Source of the DNA: Patescibacteria group bacterium
GTDB lineage: Bacteria > Patescibacteriota > Microgenomatia > PFEM01 > JAHIFH01
Direction of reading: 5' to 3'
Assembly (NCBI GenBank): GCA_035529375.1
Contig: DATKWU010000009.1
Coordinates: forward strand, 19,092 to 83,091
Length of the DNA: 64,000 bases
Made by a program: the position numbers and the translations under genes. The notes beneath the pieces were generated by a model that saw nothing but the letters and a program-made list of their open reading frames with translations, did not search any database and was not told the DNA's origin. Positions within the stretch are counted from its first letter, which is position 1. Each line of letters starts with the position of its first letter. Shown piece after piece: positions 54,856 to 63,703 of the stretch.

Positions 54856-56019
54856 ATGAAAGTCATCAAAAAATCTTGGCGCGATCTCCTGATTATTAGC
54901 CTGGTCAGCTTAGCTTCAACCGCCCTTATCTGGCTACCTTTTTTCTTAAGACTACCTCGCTTTTGGAATATTAACTTACCGGCCGGAGGAATGGCGACGA
55001 TTATGAAAAATTTTGACGGCCTTTATTACGTGGTGATTGCCAAATCTCTTTACAATCCAGAGATTATTAAGAACCTTGTTCCTTTTGATTTACCGGTTAT
55101 CTATTATGCCGCCCACTTTCCTCTTTATCCCCTTTTAATCAGAATTGGCAGTCTGGTTATCAATTCCCTTTGGTCAATGCTTTCGATTAGCGTTCTGGCG
55201 GCCCTCTTATCGGCTTTTGTTTTTTATCTTTTTCTTAAAGAATTCAGACTCTCAAAAGAACCTCTCTGGCTAGCAATTGTTTACCTTCTATTTCCGGCTC
55301 GCTGGCTGATTGTCCGCTCCGTCGGTTCACCCGAACCTCTATTCATTCTTTTCTTGCTTCTCTCCTTTTACTTTTTTAAGAAGAAAAATTGGTGGCTGGC
55401 TGGGAGTTTTGGGGCCCTGGCCCAACTAACCAAACCGCCGGGAATTTTGCTTTTTCTGGCTTACGGAATCTACATCTTCTGGCAAAATTGGCAGGCAATT
55501 AAAGAAGATTGGCAAACCAAACTAAGTCAGCTAACTAAAACCTATGCTCCTCTTTTCTTGATCCCTTTAGCTCTTTTAGTAGTCTCCCTATACTATTTAT
55601 ATATCTATGGCGATTTCTTTGCCTATTTTCATTCAGGTGACAATATTCATCTTTTCTGGCCACCCTTGCAAATTTTTAATGCGGCTGCCGCCTGGGTAGG
55701 CACTTATTGGCTAGAAGAAGCAATTTATATTTATTTAATAGGAATTTTAGGGGTGATTTATTTGTTTAAACAAAAACGTTATGAACTGGGATTTTTTACG
55801 GCGGTCTTTTATTTCACCACTCTTTTTATCTCTCACCGGGATATTAGTCGTTACAGCCTACCCATGCTCCCTTTCATTCTGATTGCTTTTGACAAATTTT
55901 TAGTCAGAAAAGAATTTAAAATTGCTTTTGGAGTAATTCTCTTACCAATCTATCTTTATGCTATCAATTTCATTACGGGGAATACTTTAGCCATTGCTGA
56001 CTGGACTCCATTTTTATAA
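54856..56019 (+). CDS. GT-C-type membrane glycosyltransferase, PIG-V/DUF2029-like
   Basis: 387 aa, polytopic. The motifs NFDGLYYVVIAKSLYN and LAQLTKPPGILLFLAYG are shared in pattern with ORF 18849..20039. Confidence 0.55.
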   Translation: MKVIKKSWRDLLIISLVSLASTALIWLPFFLRLPRFWNINLPAGGMATIMKNFDGLYYVVIAKSLYNPEIIKNLVPFDLPVIYYAAHFPLYPLLIRIGSLVINSLWSMLSISVLAALLSAFVFYLFLKEFRLSKEPLWLAIVYLLFPARWLIVRSVGSPEPLFILFLLLSFYFFKKKNWWLAGSFGALAQLTKPPGILLFLAYGIYIFWQNWQAIKEDWQTKLSQLTKTYAPLFLIPLALLVVSLYYLYIYGDFFAYFHSGDNIHLFWPPLQIFNAAAAWVGTYWLEEAIYIYLIGILGVIYLFKQKRYELGFFTAVFYFTTLFISHRDISRYSLPMLPFILIAFDKFLVRKEFKIAFGVILLPIYLYAINFITGNTLAIADWTPFL

Positions 56020-56913
56020 CTTCCTCACAACCCCCTTCTCCGCATTAACATCAACTAGATCACCATCTTTCAAGGCTTTAGTCGCTATCTGCGTTCCCAC
56101 TACGCAAGGAATTTTCATTTCTCTTGAAATAATAGCCGCATGACACAATATTCCGCCTTCGTCTGTCACAATTGCTGAAGTTTTTTGAATAATAGTGGTA
56201 AATTTAGGGGAAGTCATCTTAGTAACTAAAATCTCACCCTTATTAAACCTTTCTATTCTTGCAGGATCCAAAATAACCCGAACTCTACCACTGGCTTTTC
56301 CTTTAGAAGCAACTATTCCAGAGATTTTCTTAATTTTTTCCGGAGCTTTCGGAATTTTTCTTTTTTTAATAAGGAAGCTATATTTTTTGATTAAATCACC
56401 ATAGGTTTCAGCTAGTTTTTTCTCTCCTCTCCTCAAAAATACTTTTCTTTGGTCATCAACAGAAGTAAGAACTCGTGCGCCCTTATCTTCTCCCCATCCC
56501 TTATCGTTGCACTGAGAGAGAAGGAGGTTTAATTCTCCCAAGCACCCCCACGGAGTGTGAACTAGGATTTGTTTTCTATTAGGAAGAGAATACCTGATAG
56601 TCTTCTTAGACCTTTTCTCAAAATCTAACGGTGATCCGGGAATAATATCAACCTCAAACCCCGTCTTTTTTACAAATTGGTGATATTGTCTAGCGGATTT
56701 TGTTCCTTTAGGCGGATGAATCTCAAGCCCCTCTCCCACTTTCCAGGGAAGTTTATTTTTATTGACTAGAATATTGAAATGCCCTTCCCTAACTTTTACT
56801 TCATAGCCTAAAAGTCTGTAGGCGTACTGAGAAGTAAACACCCAATCGTCTTGAGATAATCCCCAATCCTTGAGAAGCTCTTCTAAACTCTCTAATGCTT
56901 TTTCTATTCCCAT
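56014..56913 (-). CDS. Protein with C-terminal PEP-utilizing-enzyme mobile (phosphohistidine) domain; N-terminal domain unknown
   Basis: The C-terminus GEILVTKMTSPKFTTIIQKTSAIVTDEGGILCHAAIISREMKIPCVVGT matches the swivelling phosphohistidine domain of PEP synthase/PPDK. 299 aa. Confidence 0.6.
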   Translation of the reverse strand: MGIEKALESLEELLKDWGLSQDDWVFTSQYAYRLLGYEVKVREGHFNILVNKNKLPWKVGEGLEIHPPKGTKSARQYHQFVKKTGFEVDIIPGSPLDFEKRSKKTIRYSLPNRKQILVHTPWGCLGELNLLLSQCNDKGWGEDKGARVLTSVDDQRKVFLRRGEKKLAETYGDLIKKYSFLIKKRKIPKAPEKIKKISGIVASKGKASGRVRVILDPARIERFNKGEILVTKMTSPKFTTIIQKTSAIVTDEGGILCHAAIISREMKIPCVVGTQIATKALKDGDLVDVNAEKGVVRKL

Positions 56914-56923
56914 AAAAAGACAC

Positions 56924-58090
56924 CTATCCTATCCTTCTTTGAATCCGGCCAAAAAGTTTAGATTTTCTTGTTTTCCAGATAAAAGTGGTATACATAAAGA
57001 AATTGTAAGGAAGAACCAGAAAACCAATCGCCAAGATTAAGAATATTTGACGCCATTGATCGCCAAAGAAACTCGTCCCGGCCCAAACAACGATCGTCTG
57101 GATAATCAAAGCTCCCATCGAAGTTAAATTAAACTGAATGAATTTGTAGGGCAGTTGTTTTAGCGAAACAATCTTTTTCTCGGCAAAAGTCCAGATATTA
57201 TTGAGAATAAAATTGCTAATAATAGCCAATTCGGTAGCAATGGCTGTGGCCGGACCAGGCGAAAAGCCAGCCCGATAGAAAACTTCTAAACCGATGGCGT
57301 TAACTAAATAACCAATAAAGCCAACTACGGCAAATTTCATGAATTGAATGGTCTTAGGATCTTGAAGCCGCAAAAGAATCACGGAAATAAGAGTCACAAT
57401 CACGTCTTTGCTACTTAACTTAGATCTGCCGATTTCCCGAACTTTGAATCTCAAGGGAATTTCCACTATTTTAGCTTTATTTTGAACTAATTGATAAAGA
57501 ATTTGGGTTTTGTAGAAAAAACCACTGGAAAGGCGAGAAAAATCAATCTGATCAAGAACGCCTCTAGTTCTGGTCAACTTCAAACCTGTGGTCGTGTCTT
57601 TAACAATATTAATCTTAGGAAAAAAGAGAACGATTCGACTAAAAAGACCACCAAAAGTGGTTAAAATCTTTCTAAAAAGACCCCATTCTTTGGGGATTAA
57701 GCCGCCTTTAATAAACCTTGAGCCGATAACATGATCATAACCTTGGTCAAATTTTTTGACTAAATCAATAATGTATTGAGGGTCGTGCTGAAAATCAGCG
57801 TCAAATTCAATTACCGCCACCGCCTCCATCTTTTCCATTGCCTGCTTCATTCCCCGAATATAAGCTGCCCCTAAACCCTCTTTCTTACCTAAAGAAAGCT
57901 CTACATTCTTGTACTTCTTCATCTTCTCTTTAACCACCTCCGCCGTCCCGTCAGGCGAATGATCATCAACCACTAAAATACTCATCTCATATTTCTTGAT
58001 CTTAGGAAAAACCTCTTTTTCTAAGACTTCAATCATCTTGGCAATATTTTCTTTCTCGTTGTAAGTAGGAATAATGACAACAATCTTCAT
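56924..58090 (-). CDS. Polyprenyl-phosphate (dolichyl-phosphate-type) mannosyl/glycosyl transferase GT2 fused to C-terminal GtrA-like membrane domain
   Basis: N-terminus IVVIIPTYNEKENI...ILVVDDHSPDGT...GAAYIRGM is DPM1-like. The C-terminus FMKFAVVGFIGYLVNAIGLEVFYRAGFSPGPATAIATELAIISNFILNNIWTF is the GtrA-family signature. Confidence 0.8.
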   Translation of the reverse strand: MKIVVIIPTYNEKENIAKMIEVLEKEVFPKIKKYEMSILVVDDHSPDGTAEVVKEKMKKYKNVELSLGKKEGLGAAYIRGMKQAMEKMEAVAVIEFDADFQHDPQYIIDLVKKFDQGYDHVIGSRFIKGGLIPKEWGLFRKILTTFGGLFSRIVLFFPKINIVKDTTTGLKLTRTRGVLDQIDFSRLSSGFFYKTQILYQLVQNKAKIVEIPLRFKVREIGRSKLSSKDVIVTLISVILLRLQDPKTIQFMKFAVVGFIGYLVNAIGLEVFYRAGFSPGPATAIATELAIISNFILNNIWTFAEKKIVSLKQLPYKFIQFNLTSMGALIIQTIVVWAGTSFFGDQWRQIFLILAIGFLVLPYNFFMYTTFIWKTRKSKLFGRIQRRIG

Positions 58091-58130
58091 GGTTTTACTC
58101 TAACAGATAATCCTGATAAAATGCAAACGT

Positions 58131-58796
58131 ATGAAGATCGATATTCTCACCCTCTTTCCAAAGATGTTTAAGGGCCCCTTTGCTGAGAGTATTATTAAAC
58201 GGGCCCAGGAGAAAGAATTAACAAAGATTAAAATTCATGATCTGAGAAAGTGGACAAAAGACAAACACCAAACCGTTGATGACCGACCTTTTGGTGGCGG
58301 CCCAGGGATGATCTTAATGGTTGAACCTATCTACCAGGCTCTAAAAGAACTTCGGCAAAAACAAACTAAAACAATTCTTTTAACCCCTCAAGGTAAAATC
58401 TTTAAACAAACCATGGCTAAAAAACTGGCCAAGGAAAAACATCTAATTTTTATTTGCGGTCATTACGAAGGGGTGGATGAAAGAATCCGGAAACATTTAG
58501 TTGACGAAGAAATCTCGATTGGCGATTATGTTCTGACGGGTGGCGAACTACCAGCCATGATTGTCATTGACACCATTATCAGACTAATTCCTGGTGTTTT
58601 AAAAAAAGAAGAAGCGGTTAAAAACGAGTCTTTTACTAATAATCTCCTGGAGTACCCTCAATATACCCGACCGGCTAAATTTAAAGGCTGGCAAGCTCCA
58701 GAGATTCTTCTCTCCGGCAACCATCAAAAAATCAAAGAGTGGCGCCAAAAGAAAGCCAAAGAAAAAACTAAAAAAAGAAGGCCGGATTTGCTTTAA
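58131..58796 (+). CDS. trmD: tRNA (guanine37-N1)-methyltransferase TrmD
   Basis: IDILTLFPKMF, DDRPFGGGPGMIL, ICGHYEGVDERI, SIGDYVLTGGELPAMIVIDTIIRL are all hallmark TrmD motifs. 221 aa. Confidence 0.95.
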   Translation: MKIDILTLFPKMFKGPFAESIIKRAQEKELTKIKIHDLRKWTKDKHQTVDDRPFGGGPGMILMVEPIYQALKELRQKQTKTILLTPQGKIFKQTMAKKLAKEKHLIFICGHYEGVDERIRKHLVDEEISIGDYVLTGGELPAMIVIDTIIRLIPGVLKKEEAVKNESFTNNLLEYPQYTRPAKFKGWQAPEILLSGNHQKIKEWRQKKAKEKTKKRRPDLL

Positions 58797-59680
58797 TTAG
58801 ACAATTGTATTTTCATCTTCTCCAGTCCTTCTCTTAAAGTCTTCATCTTAATACCTAATTCCTTCTCTATTTTTTCATTAGAAAGGCCTAAAAACTTATG
58901 CCAAGGACGATCTGATTTTGATTGTTTCTTTTGATATTCTGCTAAAGAACCTTTTTTGACTAACTTTTTATCAAAACCAAAAACATCAGCTATCTCCAGA
59001 GCTAAATCATAGGGTGATTGAAAACTTGAAGAGACTAAATGAAAAACGCCTTTTGGTTTTGATTCAAGAATCTTTTCTAACCCAAAAGCAATATCGTCAA
59101 TGAAGGTTGGTGTCGTAATCTGATCAGCAAACATCGGATAAAGACTCTTTTCTTCGAAACCCTTAATCATTCTCCTAATCAAATCAATTTTGGGTTCAAA
59201 TTTGGCCCGATAAGGAAAAGCAATTCTCAAGATACAAAAATTATTTGTCAGTTTTTTTATTTCTTCTTCAGCCCAATATTTAGTCTGGCCATACCATTCG
59301 ATTGGCTGAGGTTTATCCGTTTCTTTGTAGGCTGTTTTTTTCTTGCCATCAAAAATAAAATCAGTGGAAAAATGAATTAGATATTTGTTATATTGCTGAC
59401 ATAATTGAGCCAGATTGCGCGTTCCCACAACATTAATTTGATAACAAGGTCCTTTTTTATCACCGCGTTGTTCCCAGGCCTGATTAACATCAGTAAAAGC
59501 AGCCAAATGAATTAAGGAATCAGCCTGACTAGAACCAATAATTTTCTCTAACTGATCTTTATCAGTAATATCAATATTGGTGGTTAAATCCAGATTTTGG
59601 AAATCAAATTTTTTTCCAAGAAGCTCAACAATTCTTGAACCAACTAAGCCTGACAAACCAGTACCTAAAACCTTTTTCAT
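58793..59680 (-). CDS. rfbD: dTDP-4-dehydrorhamnose reductase-like NAD(P)-dependent sugar-nucleotide reductase (RmlD family)
   Basis: GTGLSGLVGSRIV, IHLAAFTDVNQAWEQ, HFSTDFIFDG, YGQTKYWAEE match the RmlD pattern (AAxTxVDxAE, STDYVFDG, YGxSK). Confidence 0.7.
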   Translation of the reverse strand: MKKVLGTGLSGLVGSRIVELLGKKFDFQNLDLTTNIDITDKDQLEKIIGSSQADSLIHLAAFTDVNQAWEQRGDKKGPCYQINVVGTRNLAQLCQQYNKYLIHFSTDFIFDGKKKTAYKETDKPQPIEWYGQTKYWAEEEIKKLTNNFCILRIAFPYRAKFEPKIDLIRRMIKGFEEKSLYPMFADQITTPTFIDDIAFGLEKILESKPKGVFHLVSSSFQSPYDLALEIADVFGFDKKLVKKGSLAEYQKKQSKSDRPWHKFLGLSNEKIEKELGIKMKTLREGLEKMKIQLSN

Positions 59681-60225
59681 TTCTTTTTAACTAAGTCCCA
59701 ACTAAAAATAGCGTTATTTAGAGACTTAACTTTTATCTCTTTAAAAGAAATTCTGCCTTCATCCTGAGGATTATATTCTTTGGTTGGATGATTAACTAAC
59801 TCCGCTTCACCAGGACCGGGCGCCATAATGCCGTGATAAACTCCTTCAGGAATAGTAATGGTATAAACAGGCACCGTTTTTTTTACTTTTATCTTCAAAT
59901 CAGCTCCTTTTGCTTCAACCACTTCAAGTCTTCCATAAGTAGAAGAATTTTTTCTCATATCCAAAAGTAAAATCCACATTGTCCCGCGGACAATGGTAAA
60001 ACGATCTTTTTGATGTTTATGGAAATGATATTGATCCTTATCTCTTGCCTGACCAGGTCTGGTCACTGAGTTGTAGCTGTAAATACTTTTGCTTTTCTCC
60101 TTAGCAGAATCAAAAGTCTCAACTAAAAAACCTCTTGGATCATAAAAAATTGTTCTCTTGATAACCTTAACCTTTTTTATTTTAATTTTTTCCGGACTAA
60201 TCAGAACAATTCTATTTTTCTTCAT
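59677..60225 (-). CDS. rfbC: dTDP-4-dehydrorhamnose 3,5-epimerase-like cupin (RmlC family)
   Basis: FYDPRGFLVETFD and the HFHKHQKDRFTIVRGTMWILLLDMRKNSSTYG region parallel RmlC. 182 aa. Has a 4-nt overlap with the RmlD-like gene. Confidence 0.6.
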   Translation of the reverse strand: MKKNRIVLISPEKIKIKKVKVIKRTIFYDPRGFLVETFDSAKEKSKSIYSYNSVTRPGQARDKDQYHFHKHQKDRFTIVRGTMWILLLDMRKNSSTYGRLEVVEAKGADLKIKVKKTVPVYTITIPEGVYHGIMAPGPGEAELVNHPTKEYNPQDEGRISFKEIKVKSLNNAIFSWDLVKKK

Positions 60226-60231
60226 TTTTTA

Positions 60232-61122
60232 TCACCACCCTCCACTAGCACCGCCGCCGCCGCCACTACCACCGCTAAAACCACCAAAGCCTCCGCCGCC
60301 ACTACCACCGCTACCGCCACTAAAGAAGCCACCCCAGCTCTTGGTAAAATTGGTCGGTTTCTTTTTCTTTTTCAGTTTTTTGTAATTCTTGGAAAGAACA
60401 TAATCTAAAAGAAGACCAAAGATACCGAGACTAAAAGTCAGAAGGGCAAAGGATAAGATTGTCCCGATAATTAGGCCTAAAACACCTCCCATTATTCCTC
60501 CAATTACACCGCCTGGCCAAAATCTTTTACTTCTTCCTAGAAAAGAAGAAGCGTAAATCAGAATAATAAAACTAATAATAATCAAGGGTAAAATTGCCAA
60601 AGCCTTTACCTGAATTTCTTCCTGACTAGAAGGTACTTCGCCAGAAGTAATGTATCCCTGGATTTTTTCGACAGCTAGTTTGATTCCTTGATCATAATTA
60701 TCTTCTTTAAAAGCCGGTTTCATTTCTTCCCGAATAATTTTACCGGCTCGGCCATCAGTAATCACTGGCTCTAAACCATAACCAACCTCGATTCTTATCT
60801 TTCTTTCTTCCTTAGATACTAGAATCAGGAGGCCGTTATCTTTTTCTTTTTTACCTATGCCCCACTCTTCAAATAAACGAACCGCGTAATCTTCAATTGA
60901 ATCACCTTCTAAGGAATTAATCGTTACCACCGCAATTTCGGCGGTTGTTTTTTCCTCAAACTCAGTTAAATTTTGTTCTAAAGAATCACGGTAATCAGGG
61001 GAAAGAAGCTGGGCAAAATCATTAACATAGCCAGTTGGTTCAGGAAAATCCTGAGCCAACACCGGCAAGGCTACTAGGAAAAATCCTAGCAATAAAAGAA
61101 CTGGCAGTTTAAAAAACTTCAT
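60232..61122 (-). CDS. TPM-domain (TLP18.3/Psb32/YgcG-like) protein with TM segments and Gly-rich C-terminal tail
   Basis: YVNDFAQLLSPDYRDSLEQNLTEFEEKTTAEIAVVTINSLEGDSIEDYAVRLFEEWGIGKKEKDNGLLILVS...IRIEVGYGLE is the TPM/DUF477 signature. The C-terminus is GGFGGFSGGSGGGGGASGGW. Confidence 0.8.
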   Translation of the reverse strand: MKFFKLPVLLLLGFFLVALPVLAQDFPEPTGYVNDFAQLLSPDYRDSLEQNLTEFEEKTTAEIAVVTINSLEGDSIEDYAVRLFEEWGIGKKEKDNGLLILVSKEERKIRIEVGYGLEPVITDGRAGKIIREEMKPAFKEDNYDQGIKLAVEKIQGYITSGEVPSSQEEIQVKALAILPLIIISFIILIYASSFLGRSKRFWPGGVIGGIMGGVLGLIIGTILSFALLTFSLGIFGLLLDYVLSKNYKKLKKKKKPTNFTKSWGGFFSGGSGGSGGGGFGGFSGGSGGGGGASGGW

Positions 61123-61691
61123 TCAGGTTTCTCCGGCTGAATATTAACCTCAGGCGCTTGTTCCGCTCCCTCAACGGCTTCGAAATAAGAGCGCTCGTTA
61201 AAACCAAAAGTACCGGCAATCAGATTTGCCGGAAACTTCTTGATAGTTGTATTGTAATCTCGAACTAAATCATTGTAGCGTCGTCTTTCGACGGCGACTC
61301 GATTTTCTGTCCCAGCCAATTCATCCATTAATTGAGAAACATTTTCGGCTGAACGTAATTCAGGATAATTCTCCATGACCACCAGCAATCTACCTAAAGC
61401 CGACTCTACTTGAGTGGCGGCCTTAGCTTTTTCTTCAACCGTGGCCGCGCCTGAATAGCGAGTTCTCGCTTCGGCAATTTGACCAAAAACCGCTTGTTCT
61501 TGGCTCATAATGCCTTCAACTGATTTGACCAAATTAGGAATTAAGTCAAAACGACGCTGGTATTGAGTCTCGACCTGGGCCCACTGATTCTCAATTGCTT
61601 GGTTTTGGGTAACCAGATTATTGTAAAAAGTCGCCAAACTTAAACCAGCAAAGAGAACAACTGCGCCAATAATAATCAAAATTTTCTTCAA
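61119..61691 (-). CDS. lemA: LemA family membrane protein
   Basis: An N-terminal TM is followed by NQAIENQWAQVETQYQRRFDLIPNLV...ENYPELRS, typical of LemA. It is the classic partner of the TPM-domain gene downstream. 190 aa. Confidence 0.8.
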   Translation of the reverse strand: MKKILIIIGAVVLFAGLSLATFYNNLVTQNQAIENQWAQVETQYQRRFDLIPNLVKSVEGIMSQEQAVFGQIAEARTRYSGAATVEEKAKAATQVESALGRLLVVMENYPELRSAENVSQLMDELAGTENRVAVERRRYNDLVRDYNTTIKKFPANLIAGTFGFNERSYFEAVEGAEQAPEVNIQPEKPE

Positions 61692-61709
61692 ATTTCTTCA
61701 CCCCCCTTC

Positions 61710-62216
61710 TTAGGTGTGCTTGTCAGCAACAACAAAAGCGCCATAAGCTTCCGGTTTAGTTTTGGCCACAAAACCATTACCATTAACCATACCAACGACT
61801 TCCTTAATCATTTCTCGAGTCGGACCAACATCACCGACATCAATGTGAATTTCCAGTTTATATCTTTCCCCATTTAATTTCTGGGTTAATTGAGGAACAA
61901 TTTTTTCGGCTAAACGAATTGAAAGAAGGGTTTCTGTATAAATTTTATCTCGAAGACTTTTTAAATTGGTAACTTTCTTTTTCTGCCAGAAATAACGACC
62001 GCCCTTACTTTTCCGGTGAATGACTACGGCCGTAACAAAACTCACTTTCTCGCCACCAGTCAATTTTTTAGTCTTTGAGTCCGTGCCAATCACCAGCCGA
62101 TAAGAATAGTCCGGCTGTTCACTCATAAAAGCCACTAAATCATCAACCACTTTATCAATGGCCATCTTACCTTTAGTAGGACTAATAAAAAAATTACCTG
62201 CCCTCATCACAGCCAT
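61710..62216 (-). CDS. Hypothetical protein (possibly YkuK/DUF458-like RNase-H-fold family; weak)
   Basis: 168-aa soluble ORF with clean start and stop, divergent from rtcB. The family assignment is from memory only. Confidence 0.4.
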   Translation of the reverse strand: MAVMRAGNFFISPTKGKMAIDKVVDDLVAFMSEQPDYSYRLVIGTDSKTKKLTGGEKVSFVTAVVIHRKSKGGRYFWQKKKVTNLKSLRDKIYTETLLSIRLAEKIVPQLTQKLNGERYKLEIHIDVGDVGPTREMIKEVVGMVNGNGFVAKTKPEAYGAFVVADKHT

Positions 62217-62248
62217 ATTTTATCATAAATCCCTGTTATAATAAAACC

Positions 62249-63661
62249 ATGGAGATTCAACTTAAAAACATTGGTCTTAACCGCTGGCAGATAGAAAAAC
62301 TTCCCCAAATGAGAGCCGATGTTGTAGTTTACGTTAAAGAAGAACTCTTGGCAAAAGTCAAAGAAGACCGGTCTCTAGAACAACTCGCTCAAGCGGCTTC
62401 TTTACCCAAGCTTGTCTCACCGGTCATTGCCATGCCTGATGTCCATGAAGGTTTTGGTTTACCGATTGGCGGCATCATGGTCACTAATGGTCTTGTTTCT
62501 TCAGGCGCGGTTGGGATGGATATTAACTGCGGTATTAGGTTTCTCTATAGTCAACTTAAATATGATCCCAAACTCTTTCCCTCAGAAACTCTAAAATTAT
62601 TAATCAATAGAATTCAAAGAGAAATTCCTGTTGGTTTAGGTCAAAGACGCCGAGAAGCTATTCCCAATCTACCTTTCCGGGAAATTGTTTATCACGGTGC
62701 CCAGGCTTTGATTAAAAAGGGTTATGGCGAAAAAGAAGACGTGGAATCAATTGAAGAAAACGGTCGAATGGCTGGCGCTGATCCCAATAATCTCTCTGAA
62801 AGAGCCATCAAGCGAGCTGAAAAAGAAGTCGGGACACTCGGTTCTGGTAACCACTTTATTGAAATCCAGGTTTTAGAGAAAATTTATGATCAAGATTTGG
62901 CTAAAAAATGGGGCCTTTTTGAAAACCAGATTTGCGTGATGATCCACACTGGTTCCCGGGCTCTTGGTCATCAAACCTGTATTGATTACACTAAGAGATT
63001 CTCTGAAGAAGAAGCCAATTATGGTATTAAAGCGCCTATTCCTAATTTAGCGGCTCTACCAACTGATTCACCGGCTGGAACCGCTTATCTTTCGGCCATG
63101 GCCGCTTGTGTTAATTTTGCCTTTGCTAATCGTCAATTAATCAGTCATTATGTTCGTGATGTTTTTAAAAGATTATTTAAAACCAAAGAAGCAAAATTAA
63201 CTCTTCTTTATGATGTCGCTCATAATATTGCCAAATGGGAAAAACATCAAGGTAAAGAAGTTCTGGTTCACCGTAAGGGGGCGACCCGGGCTTTACCAGC
63301 CAACCATGAACAAAATCCTAAACATTACTTAGAAACCGGCCATCCTTCGTTGGTGCCTGGCAGCATGGGCGCACCTTCTTATATTATGGTTGGTTTGCCT
63401 GACACCAGAGAAACTTATTTCTCCATTAATCATGGCGCCGGTCGGGCCATGAGTCGAAGCGAAGCCAAAAGAAGAATTAAAAAAGAGGAATTCGAAAAAC
63501 AAATGGGAGGAATTATTTATAATAAACCCTTTCATGTCATTGCTGATGAAGCCCCCCAGGCTTATAAAGATATAAACTTGGTGATTGAGACCTTAGTTGA
63601 AGCAGGTTTAAGCAAAAAAGTTTGTCACCTTCGACCCCTAGCGGTGATTAAAGGCGATTAA
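62249..63661 (+). CDS. rtcB: RNA-splicing ligase RtcB
   Basis: MPDVHEGFGLPIGG, DINCGIR, GTLGSGNHFIEIQ, MIHTGSRALGHQ and SINHGAGR correspond to the conserved metal-binding and active-site histidine motifs of RtcB. 470 aa. Confidence 0.95.
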   Translation: MEIQLKNIGLNRWQIEKLPQMRADVVVYVKEELLAKVKEDRSLEQLAQAASLPKLVSPVIAMPDVHEGFGLPIGGIMVTNGLVSSGAVGMDINCGIRFLYSQLKYDPKLFPSETLKLLINRIQREIPVGLGQRRREAIPNLPFREIVYHGAQALIKKGYGEKEDVESIEENGRMAGADPNNLSERAIKRAEKEVGTLGSGNHFIEIQVLEKIYDQDLAKKWGLFENQICVMIHTGSRALGHQTCIDYTKRFSEEEANYGIKAPIPNLAALPTDSPAGTAYLSAMAACVNFAFANRQLISHYVRDVFKRLFKTKEAKLTLLYDVAHNIAKWEKHQGKEVLVHRKGATRALPANHEQNPKHYLETGHPSLVPGSMGAPSYIMVGLPDTRETYFSINHGAGRAMSRSEAKRRIKKEEFEKQMGGIIYNKPFHVIADEAPQAYKDINLVIETLVEAGLSKKVCHLRPLAVIKGD

Positions 63662-63703
63662 CCCCTTTAAAAGTTCCTCTCTGTTTGTTAAGATAAACTA
63701 GAA

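Noticed and set aside
60158-60385. 75-aa plus-strand ORF encoding a poly-proline stretch (PPLAPPPPPLPPLKPPKPPPP)
   Set aside because: It is the alternative-frame/antisense reading of the Gly-rich tail coding repeats (gcc/acc)n of the TPM-domain gene 60232..61122. No independent support exists.
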